Assembly (NCBI GenBank): GCA_051453625.1
Contig: JBOZIK010000001.1
Coordinates: 15,635,557-15,687,966, forward strand
Direction: 5' to 3'
Origin: Welwitschia mirabilis
Taxonomy: Eukaryota
Length of the DNA: 52,410 bases
This document shows, piece after piece, positions 1 through 14,100 of the stretch (position 1 is the first letter of the stretch; each line of letters begins with the position of its first letter). The notes below the pieces were generated by a model, which worked only from the letters and a program-made list of their open reading frames with translations, was not told where the DNA came from and did not search any database. A program made the position numbers and the translations under genes.

Positions 1-1700
1 AATAAAACTTTGTCTCAAGCCCAATCCAACTATACTACTATCAAGAAAGAAATGCTTGCCATTATCTTTTACTTAGATAATCTTTGACATTACATTCTTA
101 GTTTTTACATCAATGTTTACATAGATCATGTAGTCATCCGCTATCTCATAACTTAAAAAAACTCTAGTGCCATAATTATTAGGTGGATCTTTCTCATGCA
201 AGAATTTAATATTACCATCATTGATAAGACTAGAAAACATTACTATACTGCTAATCATCTATCTCAACTTTCTTACTCTCATGATGAAGCTCCCATTAAT
301 GACTCTTTTCTTGATGAATAACTCCTTGTAATTAAACAACTTTATGCTATCTCATCTTCTTATTCCACTCCTTGGTATGCTGGCATTCTGAACTATCTTA
401 TGATTATAAAACCTCCTTAGCATTGAAAGCATAACCAATGTAGATTGTTTCTTCCTAGGGTTGGTAAGTATGAGTGGAATGAACTCCATCTCTATACATA
501 TTATAAACATCAAATTATGCATAAGTGTATACTCAAGTGAGAAACCTTAGAGATCCTAAAAAATTTACCATGGAGGAGTATGTGGAAAACACTTTAGTTG
601 TCAAAAGGCCATCATGAAAATTTTTCACTCTAGTTTTTATTAGTCTACCCTTTTTAAGTATTCATATAACTTTGCTAAGAATTCATACAACTTTGCTAGA
701 AGGTGTGATACATGTCAACATTATGATAGCATAACTTTCTCTCACAATATCCTTCTTAAACCTATACTTGAATGTAAACCTTTTGATTTTTGGGGAATTA
801 ACTTTGTAGGCCTTATTACACCACTTTCTCATAATCAAAATTATATCCTTGTCATTTTTGACTATGTACTAAGTGGGTAGAAGCTGTTCCTACTACTAAA
901 AAAATGATGCCCAAAATTTTTGCAACTTTATTCTAACTTATATCTTTTAACAATTTGGTTTTCCATGAATTATCATTAATGATTAAGGAACTCATTTCAT
1001 TAATTATCTTTTTTAAAAACTTATTTTATCCATTGGTCTTGAACATAGAATTTCTTGTGCCTATCATCCTCAAACCAATGGACAAGCTTAAAATGCAAAT
1101 AGAGAAATTAAAAAGATGCTTCATAAATTAGTATCTGTCAATAGAAAAACATGGTCCTCTAAACTTACTGATGTTCTTTAGGCTTACCATACTACTTGGT
1201 GTAACTCTCTAGGTTTCTCACGATATAAACCTATGTATGACAAAGTTTGTGTTCTACCAATTGATGTTTGCTATAATTCTTATCGATCCACTTATCAACT
1301 TAAGCTCATATACTTGAATGATAAGCTTAAAATTTGATTAGCCTAACTTGACCATTTAGATAGAAAATGTACTCATGCTTTCCATCGTCAACTCATTCAT
1401 AAAACTCAAGCCAAGCTTAAAAATGATAAAAAGATTATTCATAAGTAGTTTGAACTTGATCAACTTGTCCTTTTGTATAACACCCGAGTACATCTTTTGC
1501 ATAGTAAGTTAACTTGTATATAGTTAGGTCCTTATCTTATAGAAAAATTACACTTAAATGGCTTAGTTAAAGTCTCCAATCCAAACACTAGAGAAATTCA
1601 AAGAGTTAATCAACAAAGGTTAAAAATTTATGAGTCATCTTCTGATAAAACCTTAAACATGATAGAAGTACTTATTTTGAAACCCCCTCTTCATGAGGAG
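1..1700 (+). mobile_element. Degenerate Ty3/gypsy (Athila-like) pol: RNase H and integrase, many stops and frameshifts
   Basis: Translates to AQSNYTTIKKEMLAIIF (RNase H, ~20-70), PWYAGILNYL (~370), PFDFWGINFVG (~780) and AYHPQTNGQA (~1060-1090, integrase core). The RH-then-INT order is gypsy. Confidence 0.9.
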
Positions 1701-3704
1701 GACCTTTTGTCATTATCTAAATTTCTTCTTAACTCATTCCTTAGGTAAAAATCATGTTATCATTTGAATATTTTTAACTTAACATATGTATCTACTTATG
1801 AAGATTCCATGATTAGTAATATTTTACTTGGGCATTTTTAATGATAATATTGGCTTCATCCAATCTTCAGATATTCATATGTCTATGAACTTTATTTTAG
1901 AAGGAAGATTCCTTTATTCTTTTATTCTCTTTTAATGATGTAAGTAATTAGTTGTTTTTGCATGTTCTTACTTTGTTACTCATCTCCTTACTTCACTTTT
2001 ATTCTTATAAGTACTTGGTCATGTGGAATGTATTCCAATAAAAAAAAAAGAAAGAAGAGAAATNNNNNNNNNNNNNNNNNNNNNNNNNNNNNNNNNNNNN
2101 NNNNNNNNNNNNNNNNNNNNNNNNNNNNNNNNNNNNNNNNNNNNNNNNNNNNNNNNNNNNNNNNNNNNNNNNNGCAGGTCCTTTCTCCTTTGACAGTGGT
2201 TTCACTCCCCTCATCATAGATAAAGAAATTGCATTTCGAGACTATAAGATTAGTGGTATCCCTGGTATCATCAGAGGCATTGCTTATTTTATAAACTCAT
2301 TTTTCTTTATTTATTTCTAGTACTTCCACATGATTACTCTACATTTTGGATTCTAGTGTTGTTTTAATATGGTAGCTTGTAAGTTCCTCTTTTACATAGT
2401 GTTTTATCTTATCATTCATTATTTGATAATATTAGACATACTTGACGTCATCATAATCATTGCCTAATATAGTGGTACTTTATAATTTCTACATACTATT
2501 ATGCATCTTTCATCAAGTGATTTTATAATTATTGCCAAAGGAATTTGTTAGGTTAGATTTTATGGTAGGAAAGTAATCTTTTTCATGTTTCTAGTTGTAC
2601 ATTTTCATTTTGTTTTTCTTTAGTTATTTTGTTGTATTTTTTAAAGAAATTTTCTATACTTTTTCAACATCATATTATGGATCTAATTATTTTTCTAGTT
2701 TCTTGTTGATGATTTTTCCTAGGGGTTATTTCTTGATAGGTTTTCATGATCTGATGAGTTTTAGTTTTGTTTTCCCATGCATTTGGAAACATATGAGGAG
2801 TCTTCGACCATTGCTTATTTCCACCTAGTGCATTTTCTTCTACTTTCACCTTTCCCTTCTCCACCATGAGGATGTTCTTCAAGTTGTTTCTTCACTTTAT
2901 CCTTGTTTTTTATTTTCTTTCTATTATTTTCCTACATTTGCTTATTTTTAGGATTTTTCTAGTTTTACTTTTTCCTTTAAGTAACTTATTTGATGACTAT
3001 TATCCCATGCCTATCATCTAATAACATATGGGATAACACTTCTCCTTTATTCTTGGTATAAATCGGAACATCTTACTTCTCTTATGGGGAGGGTAAAACA
3101 TCTTTTGAGGTATTATTCTATGATTTTGAGCATAAATTTTTCATATTTTAAGCTTTTATAATCTAAATTTATGATGTGTTACTTGGATTAGTTTTTCATA
3201 TTAATTGAATAAATTTATGGAGAATTCATGAATTTTATCTTGTAGGATATAGTAGCACACTCATAAATTTTTTCCATAAGTCATGTTTCAAATCATCTAG
3301 AAAATGATATATCCACTCTTATCCTTTTCCCTTATGATAACACTAATGAACTTAAATACATTACTCTTTGGGGGATAGTACTACTTAAGTCTATCACATC
3401 ATTCCATTATCATGGTTTCTATAATATGCATATACATTTTCATTCTATGAGTTATCAAAGTTATATTTTTATGATTTCTATATTTGTGTGGCACTTATTT
3501 ATTCTATAGTGACATGATTAAGTAGGGGGCTTAGGGAAATTTTTTAGCATTTGTATCAGTTATATGTTTGAGATATCATTTCTTACATGATTTAATGAAA
3601 CTTAATTTACATATTTTTAATACTATTTTATCTTAGTAAAATTGGCTTACAATATAGTTAATCACTTACTTTATTAAGGACTAACAAGGCTAAGTAGGAG
3701 ACTA
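1701..3704 (+). mobile_element. Long non-coding 3' internal region and PPT of the Athila-like element (includes gap 2064-2173)
   Basis: Ends in TTATTAAGGACTAACAAGGCTAAGTAGGAGACTA just before TGTTAC, a decayed Athila-type pre-LTR/PPT motif. The block at 2175-2230 (CTCCTTTGACAGTGGTTTCACTCCCCTCATCAT) matches the reverse complement of ~29795-29850. Confidence 0.7.
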
Positions 3705-4970
3705 TGTTACAATGTAATTTATAGGAATTTGATGATGTATTTTAATTCCTTTTGCAGGACATTTACATAGGTTTGGATGCTATACTAATGATTATAGATA
3801 TATAATAGAATGAACAATGAAACATGTTATTTTTATCATATTTAGAGGTTTCTTAAACTTATTCTGATATTGCATACTTAGAAGAAGAATTCATCATGCA
3901 ATAGACTAACTTACCTTTGAAGATTGAAGATAAGAAATCCTATCATCCCCTATGTCGTCTCCATGATAGGCAACACGATAGCACTACAAACATGGATAGA
4001 AGTTGTGAGGCTAACGATGGGACATGCGGCTAATGATATACCTTCTGATGTAGGATGACATCCCCTCTATCATCCTTATGACAGTCAGGATGATAGCTAT
4101 TGTTCTATGGTTAGAAATAATTATCCTTATAATGGGATCAAGCAATTTATTTGGGATGTTAGGGTTTTTTTTTCTTAACCTCTAGGGTTGAGTTTCTAGA
4201 ACCTTAATGTAAAGCTATATATACCCTTCCCCTCCTTCTTTTTTTCCCATCTTTTATACCTAATATGCTTATAATAGAAGGTTGAAGGATAAGAGGTCCA
4301 TCTAGTAGCTACAAAAAGGAGTTTCCTTGGTGTTAAGCTAAGTCTCTTCCCTTGAGGTGCTGCTATTTTATTATAAGTGGATGTAAATTTCCTAAATTAA
4401 TTCAATTACTCTTTGAATCAATGCAATTTCTATTTTCATTTTAATTCTGTGCATGTTCCTTATGATTTAAATTGATCATAGTTTAAAGTGATAATTCTAT
4501 GATTTATCTAGATTATAAGGGCAATCTTTATTAGGGTTAACCTTATTTATTATTAGATTTACATTTCTATTTCATTCCATTTCACATTGCATTCTATATT
4601 CTACTTGATAGATCTCATAGTTTATGTTGATTAAGAGCTAGTTAAATATTCTTCTTAATTGATCTAAATTATAGAGAAACTAATTCTTGTAAAAAAAGAA
4701 TTAGAAACCAATATAATTCATTCCATTTCCATTTTCATTTCATTTTCATTCACTTGCATTACATTTACTTATTTAATTACTTTTAGTTATCATAAGATAA
4801 AAAGACCAAAAATATCTTGGAAATAAATTCTCTAACTATTATCCTAGTGCCTTCATTGGAATTATGACATTCAGATAAACTCTTATCTATACTAGTGTGT
4901 GTTTTTCTGCAAGTTATTTGATTTACATATTTACCTAAAGAACTTTAAGATTGCATAACTTCACACCACA
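3705..4970 (+). repeat. 3' LTR (~1.27 kb) of the Athila-like element
   Basis: Runs TGTTAC...CACACCACA directly after the PPT. It shares TCATCCC/GGGATGA subrepeats and the 3' motif CTATACTAGTGTGT with the reverse complements of the LTRs at 15.2-18.6 kb and 27.7-33.8 kb. Confidence 0.7.
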
Positions 4971-5860
4971 ATAATTGTAAATCTATCTCTACTCTAATGG
5001 ACACAAATATAAAATTAACTAGAGATGTGAATAGTCATTCCATTGATGAGTGCTTATATCATTTTATGATTAGAGGTTTAATGTATTTAATTATCACTCA
5101 ACCAAATATTCAATTTGTTATTAGTAATGCTTCCCAATATATGAATGATTCTAAACATGCACATTTATTAGAAATCAAAAGAATATTGAAACATGTGAAA
5201 GGCACATTACATCATGATTCATTTTATGCATCTGATAATAATATGTAATTGGAAAAATTTGTTGATGTAGATTAGGCAGGTTTTATTGATGACAGAAAAA
5301 AGCACAATAAGTTATGCAATGCTTCTTGGTGACTATTTGTTCTCTTGGTATAGCAAAAAGTAGTCGAGTATGACATTCTCAATAGTTGAAGTAGGGTACA
5401 TGGCAATTCATTTAGCATGTCAATATATTATGTGATTTGATGAATTATTTCTTGATATTACCATTCCAGTTCAACATCTAATCACACTTTATTGTAATAG
5501 TCAATCAACCATTAATAGTCAATCAGCCATTTCTATCACTAAGAATCTAGTTTTACATAGATGAATAAAACATATTAACAACAAGTATCATTTCATTCAT
5601 GCATAAGTAAAGGCAAGGTTAATTTTAGTTTGATTTTATCCATTACATGCATAAGTTGTAGATATTTTTACCATGGCACTAGGTAAAGGCAAGTTTAAAA
5701 CTCTATGATATCAGTTAAAAATACTTGACATTAAGGTTAAATAGGGGTAGTAGTTCATATTTTTATAGGATTTTTTATTGTTGCAACAACCAAAATTTGC
5801 AATACTTCTCTTTTCTTCTCATATTAATAAATTATCACCTTAGTGTTAAAGGGGTGGTAT
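4971..5860 (+). mobile_element. Ty1/copia RT C-terminus and RNase H remnant
   Basis: ORF 4997-5248 reads ...IRGLMYLIITQPNIQFVIS...KRILKHVKGT (copia GSLxYLxxTRPDI...KRILRYLKGT). It is followed by FVDVD*AGFIDDRKST and KHINNKYHFI (RNase H). A PPT-like AAAGGGGTGGTA-TGTTGG lies at ~5848-5866. Confidence 0.9.
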
Positions 5861-8800
5861 GTTGGTATTTACCTTTTGACTATTACTTTTGTCTTTGTAT
5901 CATTAAGGTCAAAATAATGGTCTATTGCATCTCCTCATTCATGCACGTATGATGACATAACTCATGTACTTGTTACCACCCAACTCAAGTGTAATAATTC
6001 AACTCACCATTATGCTATTAGGCATAGAACATTCCAACTTTTTTTTTTCCTTAAAAACCCAAAAGGACAAGGGTTTCTTTTTAAAATTCATAGTACAGTG
6101 AAAACCAAAAATGACAATGCCTTTTTTTTTTTTTTTTTTGTTTTTGAAATTCATAGTAAAGTAAAAACCAAAAATGACACTATAAGCATGTTTAGGAAAA
6201 TCTTAAGTTGCAGTTTAGAAAATAAGAGCCTGTGCAATCAAATTTTCCTTCAAAATGCATAATTACACTTATAATGATGAACTTAGATTTTTTCTATTCT
6301 TAACTTATTTTCATTATTATCATAATATTCATACTTTTATATAATTCCAAAAGTCCATTACCAATCAATTATTGATCCTTTCCCATAATTCATCATTTAT
6401 GCCATGTTTTGATGTATCCCTTTCACCCTTCATTCACTTAAACTCCATTTAGAACCTATTATCATACATAAACATTCATTATCCATTGTTACTCTCCATA
6501 CTTCTTTTAATTTAATTCTCTTTTCAAAGTCATGTTATTCATTATGAGGTCAAATAAAAGGGCATATTAATTTTGTATGTTTCATCAAATCCAATATTTT
6601 AAAGTCCAACATCTTGACCATAGTAGCAATTATAACTATTATAGATGTTATCATTAGTGAGTTCATTCTTCAATTCCCTCCCTTCCTAGCATGAGTACCA
6701 TCTAGAAGTTACTCTCTCCATAATATAATTTCTCTTCTGCATTGCATGCATCTAGATGGTATATGAATTAATAATCAGTTTAGAAATTTTTTAATCCATT
6801 TTATTGAAAAATATTAAAACACTTGAAAGAACTTATAGTTGTATACTATAGTTTTTGGCCATCTTTAACTTTCAATATTATTTAGAAATAGCCATGTAGA
6901 CTACCATTGAAGAAGATTTTTATGCTAAGAAATAAGAAGACAATTTTAGTTTCTTCAAATCAAGATGGAGGGAGTCAAAGGAATGCATTTTAAAAAAATT
7001 TTAAAACATAGAAGCAAGAGAAAGATGCAATGAAAGCTATGAATATAGCATCAAAATAAATCTTTTAAAGGATGCATAGTAGCATATATTACTAACGTTT
7101 GGAAAGCTAATTTCTCTATCTTTAAAGCCTAAAACATACGCTACTACCTCCTCAAGATATAATAACATTTTTAGGTGATTTGGTCTGTTAGCTAAAGCAT
7201 GACAGTGTGTGTGAACATGGGTAGGCATTTCTGTGTATTCAGTACAAGTTTAGGTTCAGCATACTCTCCTTTTTCATAGTGTTCATATTGGTAATTCCAT
7301 TGTTTATGGTGTTTCTATTATGTAAATATTGTACTAATAGATAAGATGATGAAATGTATCTAAATATTTCTTTATCCTTTGAAAGTTCTATGAGTTTGTC
7401 CCATGCCAGTCCTAATGTAAAAATAGCAAATAGTTTTTGTTTGATCTAAATCTTTATGTATCAAATCCATAGTTCTTTCCAATTACTTATGCTTATATTT
7501 GTTATGTTTACTTAGCCAACTTTAAATCCACATTTTCTTTTTTTACTATGATCCATTATCAAAGATCATATCCAAAAGTAATGACCTATGATCTAAATTT
7601 GTATTTCATTAGTTGTTATAAATTGGAAAATAAATTTAGTGGTTAAGAAAGAGGATGAGCAAAAAGAAATTGTGAGTTACAAGCCTTAAACTCACAAGAA
7701 ATATCAAATCCTAAAAGTTATATGTTTTTACCTCCTTTTCTATCTTTATTACTACAATTTTGAAAGAGAGTGAGTCTGTGTGATGCCAAAGAATATAGAA
7801 AGAGATTTCAATATAAGGTGCAGGCCTTCCTCTTACAATAAGATCAACAATCCTATAACATATCTATGAATTTGAGCTATACTACTGAATCTTTACACTA
7901 GTAATGTGTTTAAGCTACTGATATTATTTAAGTGATGGCCTTATATCTTCAAAATGATGATAAGAAGAGCTCCATTAAAAAAGAATGCTACTATTTTGGA
8001 GAACATTAGCTGTAGATAAAAGAGTTATGTTGAACAACATTATTGATGCAAGAAGGGAATTGCATGCTACCATTGGAAGCTCAAAACTACCATTAGGAAG
8101 GATAAAGCTCATAAATTTAGAAGGGAAACCATTATAGATTTAATCATGCTTGAAGATTTGGTTATCATTTGTATCCATTCCCATCCAAATCCACTCTGCA
8201 TAAATTATTCCAGGTTCAATTCTTATGTGTATTATGGATTTTAATTAAAAATTTGATTACATTTATTAAATTTTTTTAGGTGTTATCAATCCATGGCAAT
8301 GCTATAATATTTGATAAAGTTAGTTGTTTTAATTATCTTATTTTTATTTTAAAAATAGTGGTAATGTTATTTCTACTTTCAACATTGAATCTTGTATAAT
8401 TCATTTGTCCAATCTTTCTTGAAATGCATATGTATCCTTTGTATTTTTAAAATCATTTCAGTTTATAAAGTCTTTTATAAATATTTATTTAAAAGGCTAA
8501 ATTATTTTTCTCAATAATAAAACCATTAATTGATAAATCTTTCAAGAAGAAACTTTATTCATACCTTTTTAATTCCAACTAAATTTGGTCTACCTTATTT
8601 ACCCTTCATTGTTTCAAGTGTAATGTTAATTTACCAATGATTATTAGTTCTTGTATTTTCACATTATTTATGTGGATTATTATGATTTAGCTACACAATT
8701 AGGTTCTCACAAAAAACCTATAGATTAAAGCTATAATACTGAAATAAGATAAAGAAATGGAATAGCTAGCCACCAAAATATTACCTTATGATAAAATAAT

Positions 8801-11539
8801 ATATCTAAGAGCTAGAGTAATGAGGTTTTTAAATTTTATTATCCTACTCTTTCCTAAAGTAAACTTAAAAACAAAAAAAATTAAATTTTGGTTTTTAAAG
8901 ATCATAAAATAAAAGATGAGAGACAAAATGAGAAAGATGAATAACTAAAAAGATGAAGATAAAAGAAATTCAAATCAATCCAAAAATCAAAGATAAGTCT
9001 AAAAAATATAAGATAAAATTAAAATTAAAGAGAATTATTAGAAAGTTTATATAATTGACTTAAATACTTATTAACTTGGTAATGAAATATGAAATGACAT
9101 GTTTCATTTCACATCTACAAGATGCAACTATTACATTTAAAAGACACAACCCTTTCAACTGGTGCAAAGATGAAGATCATTCATTTCAGTTAAAATAATA
9201 AGAAAAAGAAGAAGACAAATGTATCTAAATTTAATAGTAGTATGATAAAATACTAAAGTCACATTGGCATAAGTACAAAGCTTTAAACAAATGATTTGTT
9301 AACGAACCACCTACCTAATTACATTCTTGAAATACTATATATAGTGATGTTTATTATTCATTATACTAAAAATTTAAAATATTATAAACCTTATTTCTTA
9401 ACTTTTTATTTCTTTTCTTCATGAAATAGCATAAAAGTTTTCATATTTAATTCTAAAATCTCTATTAAAATAATTCTCATGTAGTATCATAGTACTATTG
9501 CATTTTAATTTCCGACATAGGAAAATATTAAAAATCATCTTTTATATGCTAAATAGCAATGAAATTTATGAACTCAATGGTTAGGAAGTTAAGGATAAAT
9601 AAAAAGTAAAATATAAGATAGAAAGGTAGTACATCTCATTTTAAGGAATATCAACATTTAAAAAAATAAAATACAAGATTAAACTTAATTAATAGAATAA
9701 ATTAAAGGTTTCTAATAACTACTTTATATGTAGTTATATTATTAACTTATTATTTTAATATCAAAATGTAAAACTACAATTGAATATATTAGTAAGTATA
9801 AGAGTAACCATAAAAATTATCAATACAAAGAAAATTTTTCATTTGATTATAATTAGTGATATCATAAAATGCGTTATTCTAAATAAGCTTGATGTAAGAA
9901 AATCCTATCAATAAACACTAACTTTCCCTTAAAAAATGTATTTGAAATGACAGCAAGGATATTTCATATGATTTTAGTGGTTTACGATTGATTTTTTATG
10001 GATGTGAATATGTTTTAATTATCTTTGACATTTCTAAATTGAGATAATTAAGGAAAAATTATGGTCAACAAGATATTCACAATAATGTAAAATACAAAAT
10101 AATATTAAAAAATGTAATTCAACCTAAATTCAAAATGATATGTCTTAAAGGTATAAAAAAGAAAGAATCTTTTTTATTTTTAAATAAGTATAATGAGTTT
10201 AAACTAATAGTTAGTTAAATGATAAGAAGAACTCATTATGGATTTTGATAATTAATATTAAATCTAAAGACTAAGATGTCATTTTAATAGTAACTATTTA
10301 TTAGTATAAGAATAATTGCAATCATGAACATAGATCAAAATGAAGTCAAATCATGTCACATTGAAATTATGTTTTTACTATTTTTCAATTTTCTCTTCAT
10401 AGTTTATTTTTAAATAAAATCATATTCAACTAAATTGTTTTATCTATTGGGACATATTTATTTAAAAACTCTCAATTGAGGTCTCTTCACAATATAATAG
10501 AATGAGGTTTCAAGAAATGTGATCATGCTCTTTCATTTTATTACAATAAGAAAGAAAAAAATTCATTCTAATCACATCATTTTTATTACTAGCTTATGAT
10601 ATTATTACATTTTAACTTCAAATTTACATAGATATTCATAAAAAATTTCACTTTCATTTCTTCATTATATCTAGGCTTTTTGAGTTAGTACTTTCTTGTG
10701 CAAAATATTATTACTAATGTTTCATCTTTTATGCATTATTATATTATAATATTTAATGGATAAATCCATAAAGAAGTCAATAAGTAAATATATGTTATTG
10801 AATATCTTTTAAATAAATTTGATGAGTAGTAATGTTAAGGTATGAATTGTATGTCTTTTTGGTTTATGTAATCATCTTTAACACAATCTTTAATATCTAA
10901 TTCACACACTCATATTATTATATAGGAAGTTATTCTAATGTTGTACTCTAGAGAATAATTCTAAGTACATTTGAAAAATTACTTCATTTGTAAAAGAAAT
11001 ATAATAATTTTTTATTCAAATTTAAAATAATAAATAAATGATGATGTGATGATGGATGAAATGCAATGAATTAATATAATAATAAAATGCAACCCTAAAT
11101 GAAGTTAACTAACCAATTTTACCAACTTGTTATCATCCAAGTTAGGCCTCATGTACTATATCAAAATTAAAATTAATTCAAATATGATTAACATGATATC
11201 AACCTAATATATAAAAATGATAAGAAATAAAATAACATAGACAAAATGATGTTCTTTAATTAACCACAATGTTTTTACATCCATTTAAAATTAGCCACTT
11301 TTAAATAGAGAAAACATAGCCCACATGAAGGTAAGCACCTCTCCTAAAGTAGATGAATCCCTTGCTTAATAGATCTCCAAATCATCAAAAAAATAATTAA
11401 TGCCAAAGATGAGAAATGGATTATTTAAGAAGAGTATTCATAGTTTTAGATTAATATTTTAAATTATGAAGGAGTAGTAACTGATAGAGTTTAATCATAT
11501 TACTAATTTTATAATATATAGCATACATTTTACATTAAT

Positions 11540-12150
11540 TAGATTTATCATGTTGTCTAGATGATATAGGAGATGATACTCCTATCATGTAATGTTCTCT
11601 TATAATAGTTACTTATCCTTCATGTGTCTTTTATAGGTAATTCTTGAGTGTTATTCACTTTGATGTTATTTAAATAATAAGGTGGATGACTATAAATGAA
11701 AAAAAAAGGTTTTTATTATCATCATTTAAGTATTATCTGACTACATATCATTTGGACTACATGTGGATAGCTATCAATAAGAAATGAATTTTTTATTTGT
11801 ATATATTATTTATCATTCTTTGATTATTATTTGGATGACTAGATGAATGACATCTGTGGTAACTTCTATAGTAGATGCTATAGTAACTTTACTATAGTAA
11901 TTTTGCTATAGTACATAATATTGCCCTCTTTCATATGGATGACATGCTAGATAATAACTATATTAACTAATAAAGTAACCTTCTATAGCAACTTTGCTAT
12001 AGTAACTATACAATAGCAACTTGTTTTCATTCTTTGATTACTATTTGGATAACATGATGGATGAAAGCTATAGAAGTTTCTATAGTACCTACTATAGTAC
12101 AATGCTACAATATGTTGGTACAGTAACTTTCTCTAGATGATACATGTTTA
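11540..12150. repeat. Degenerate short-motif repeat cluster (CTATAGTA/GCTATAG and GGATGAC motifs), probably an LTR subrepeat relic
   Basis: CTATAG(T/C)A recurs through 11865-12125. GTTGTCTAGATGATATAGGAGA at ~11552 also occurs in the LTR at ~28467. Confidence 0.4.
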
Positions 12151-13454
12151 TCATCTAAATCATTTCTAGCCATTATTTCTTTATCCAACATTAATTTCTT
12201 AAGTTTATAAACTCTAAACTCATTTAATTAATCATATCAATCCATATTATACATTGGGATAATAGCTAAAACATCTCAATATCATTACGTTCCATTGTTA
12301 TCTCCTCATATGAATGTGAGAACTCTGTCATAAATGGAACATATCTTAAAAATCATCTATAAAGGATCATAACTATTAAATAACTATATTATTTTTATCA
12401 TTGTATTATCTAGTATACTTTTATTCTTAATTAATGAAAAACATACTTAAAAAGACCTATAATATACTTAAAATATGATATTAAATATGACTAATTTAAA
12501 CTCATAACATAATCATGTATTAAGTGTTTATCAGTCTTTAACAAAAAAAAAAGTAAAAAAGAATAAAAGTGAGACAAATTGAAAAAGTAATGAAAAATAA
12601 CACTCAGGTATCAAGGGTACTTACATTGTCAAACATAGGGTGCATCTCATTTTAGCATATCAAAAAGAGATTTCAATTAGATATCATGAAAAATATATGC
12701 ATTAACTTCAAAATTATGGTTTTCATTTTATGAAAAACATATTATATTTTTAATGTACAAAATAATTCCAATAAAATTCAATTGTTTGATGATTCTAAAG
12801 ATTCACTCTCATGATGTAAAAAATTGGTCCTAAATTTGAAGTAAGTTTATAGGTAATAATCAGAAGGAATAAGTCAAAAGTTTCAAGGGATGTAAAATAA
12901 ACAATCAAAACTAAGCAAAATACCATAACTAAAAAACAATAAAAAAGAAAAGAAGGAAATGAGGATTATACTTGATGAAGTGGAAAATGGGATGAAGATG
13001 AAACTAATGGTTAATGATGAAAGCAATAAAATAAACAATCAAAATCTAATGAGGTGAAAGAACTTGAGGTAATAATAAGCTAAAAGGGTGTATATTATAT
13101 GTAAGATGGAAGTGAAATGTAAAAATGGCCTTAAGATTTATAAGTAAAAATACTAAGAAAATACTAAAATAACAAATAGACATAAAGGTATATCAATAAC
13201 ATTAACTACTTTATCCTAAATAATAAAGTAGCAAGACTTAATGATATTTATCATAGAATTACTTGATATTAAAGATGCATGATTAAATGATAAAAAATAA
13301 TAAGCATCATCTGATAAGAACAATGATTACAATAATATCAAACAATTCTTTTGTAAAGTATTAATGTAATGTTAGAACTAAAATCAATCCAATCATTTAT
13401 TATATAAATAATAAAACTTTGCCTTGCCATCTATTAAAAGCAAGAAAATTAAAT

Positions 13455-13484
13455 CCCTTAATAGCATGGGTTCATTTCACCTAG
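13455..13484 (+). mobile_element. Probable Helitron 3' terminus (decayed hairpin plus CTAG)
   Basis: CCCTTAATAGCATGGG, then 10 nt, then CTAG followed by T. This fits the Helitron subterminal hairpin + CTRR|T pattern and ends a ~7 kb very AT-rich tract. Confidence 0.5.
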
Positions 13485-13489
13485 TTTTG

Positions 13490-14100
13490 CTTCCATAAAA
13501 ATATGCTAAACCTTCATGCACCTACTGTGATAGGTCTATTCTCTACAACACTATATAATACTTAAATAATAATGACATCCTTTTTGAAATCTCAAGGCTA
13601 TGCAATCTTAATATGTGAAGGTCTTCTTGATTTTATTAAAGACAGTTTCAAAAGAGTACTAATAGTACTACCACTTCCAGGAGTATTATTGGGAAAGAAA
13701 AGTTTATCAAGATAAATAATGATTATATGACAGAGATTAAAAAGGTAATATATGGAGATTTCTGGATGTTCTATCTCTCACAACATCTTTTAGAAGAGGG
13801 CCTTAGTGCTATACACCATACAAATATCAACCAAGTCCAAAGCTCTAAATGAAATAATGACATAAAGCCATCTTGAAAGATTTTTCCTCTCCATTAGTAC
13901 CTGAGAGTGTTGATTGATATCATTCATCTCATACCAAAAACAAAGAAATGTCTAATGAACACTTCATCTAGATCATACTATTTCCTACAATAATTAGTCT
14001 AGACTCTTCTTTAAATTGTTTCTTAAGTTATAGTTGACAATATTTAAATAGTTACCCAATCTCATCATTATAATACATTTCTTTTGTGAAATTGTTCACT
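13490..14100 (-). mobile_element. Probable Mutator-like (MULE) transposase relic
   Basis: Minus-strand pieces DEVFIRHFFVFG..MISIN...RGK, ELWTW and RIDLSQ*...AYFYGSK resemble MULE motifs FxRxFxxF..ISIDG..GK, ESWxWF and WxRAYFxGxRY, in the correct order but very decayed. Confidence 0.4.

Noticed and set aside
1962-2219. ORFs spanning N runs (also 49450-49659)
   Set aside because: Artefacts of assembly gaps.
12600-12900. MULE/MITE TIR-like motifs (TTGGTCCTAAA...TTTCAAGGGATG)
   Set aside because: No convincing inverted pair or TSD could be defined.
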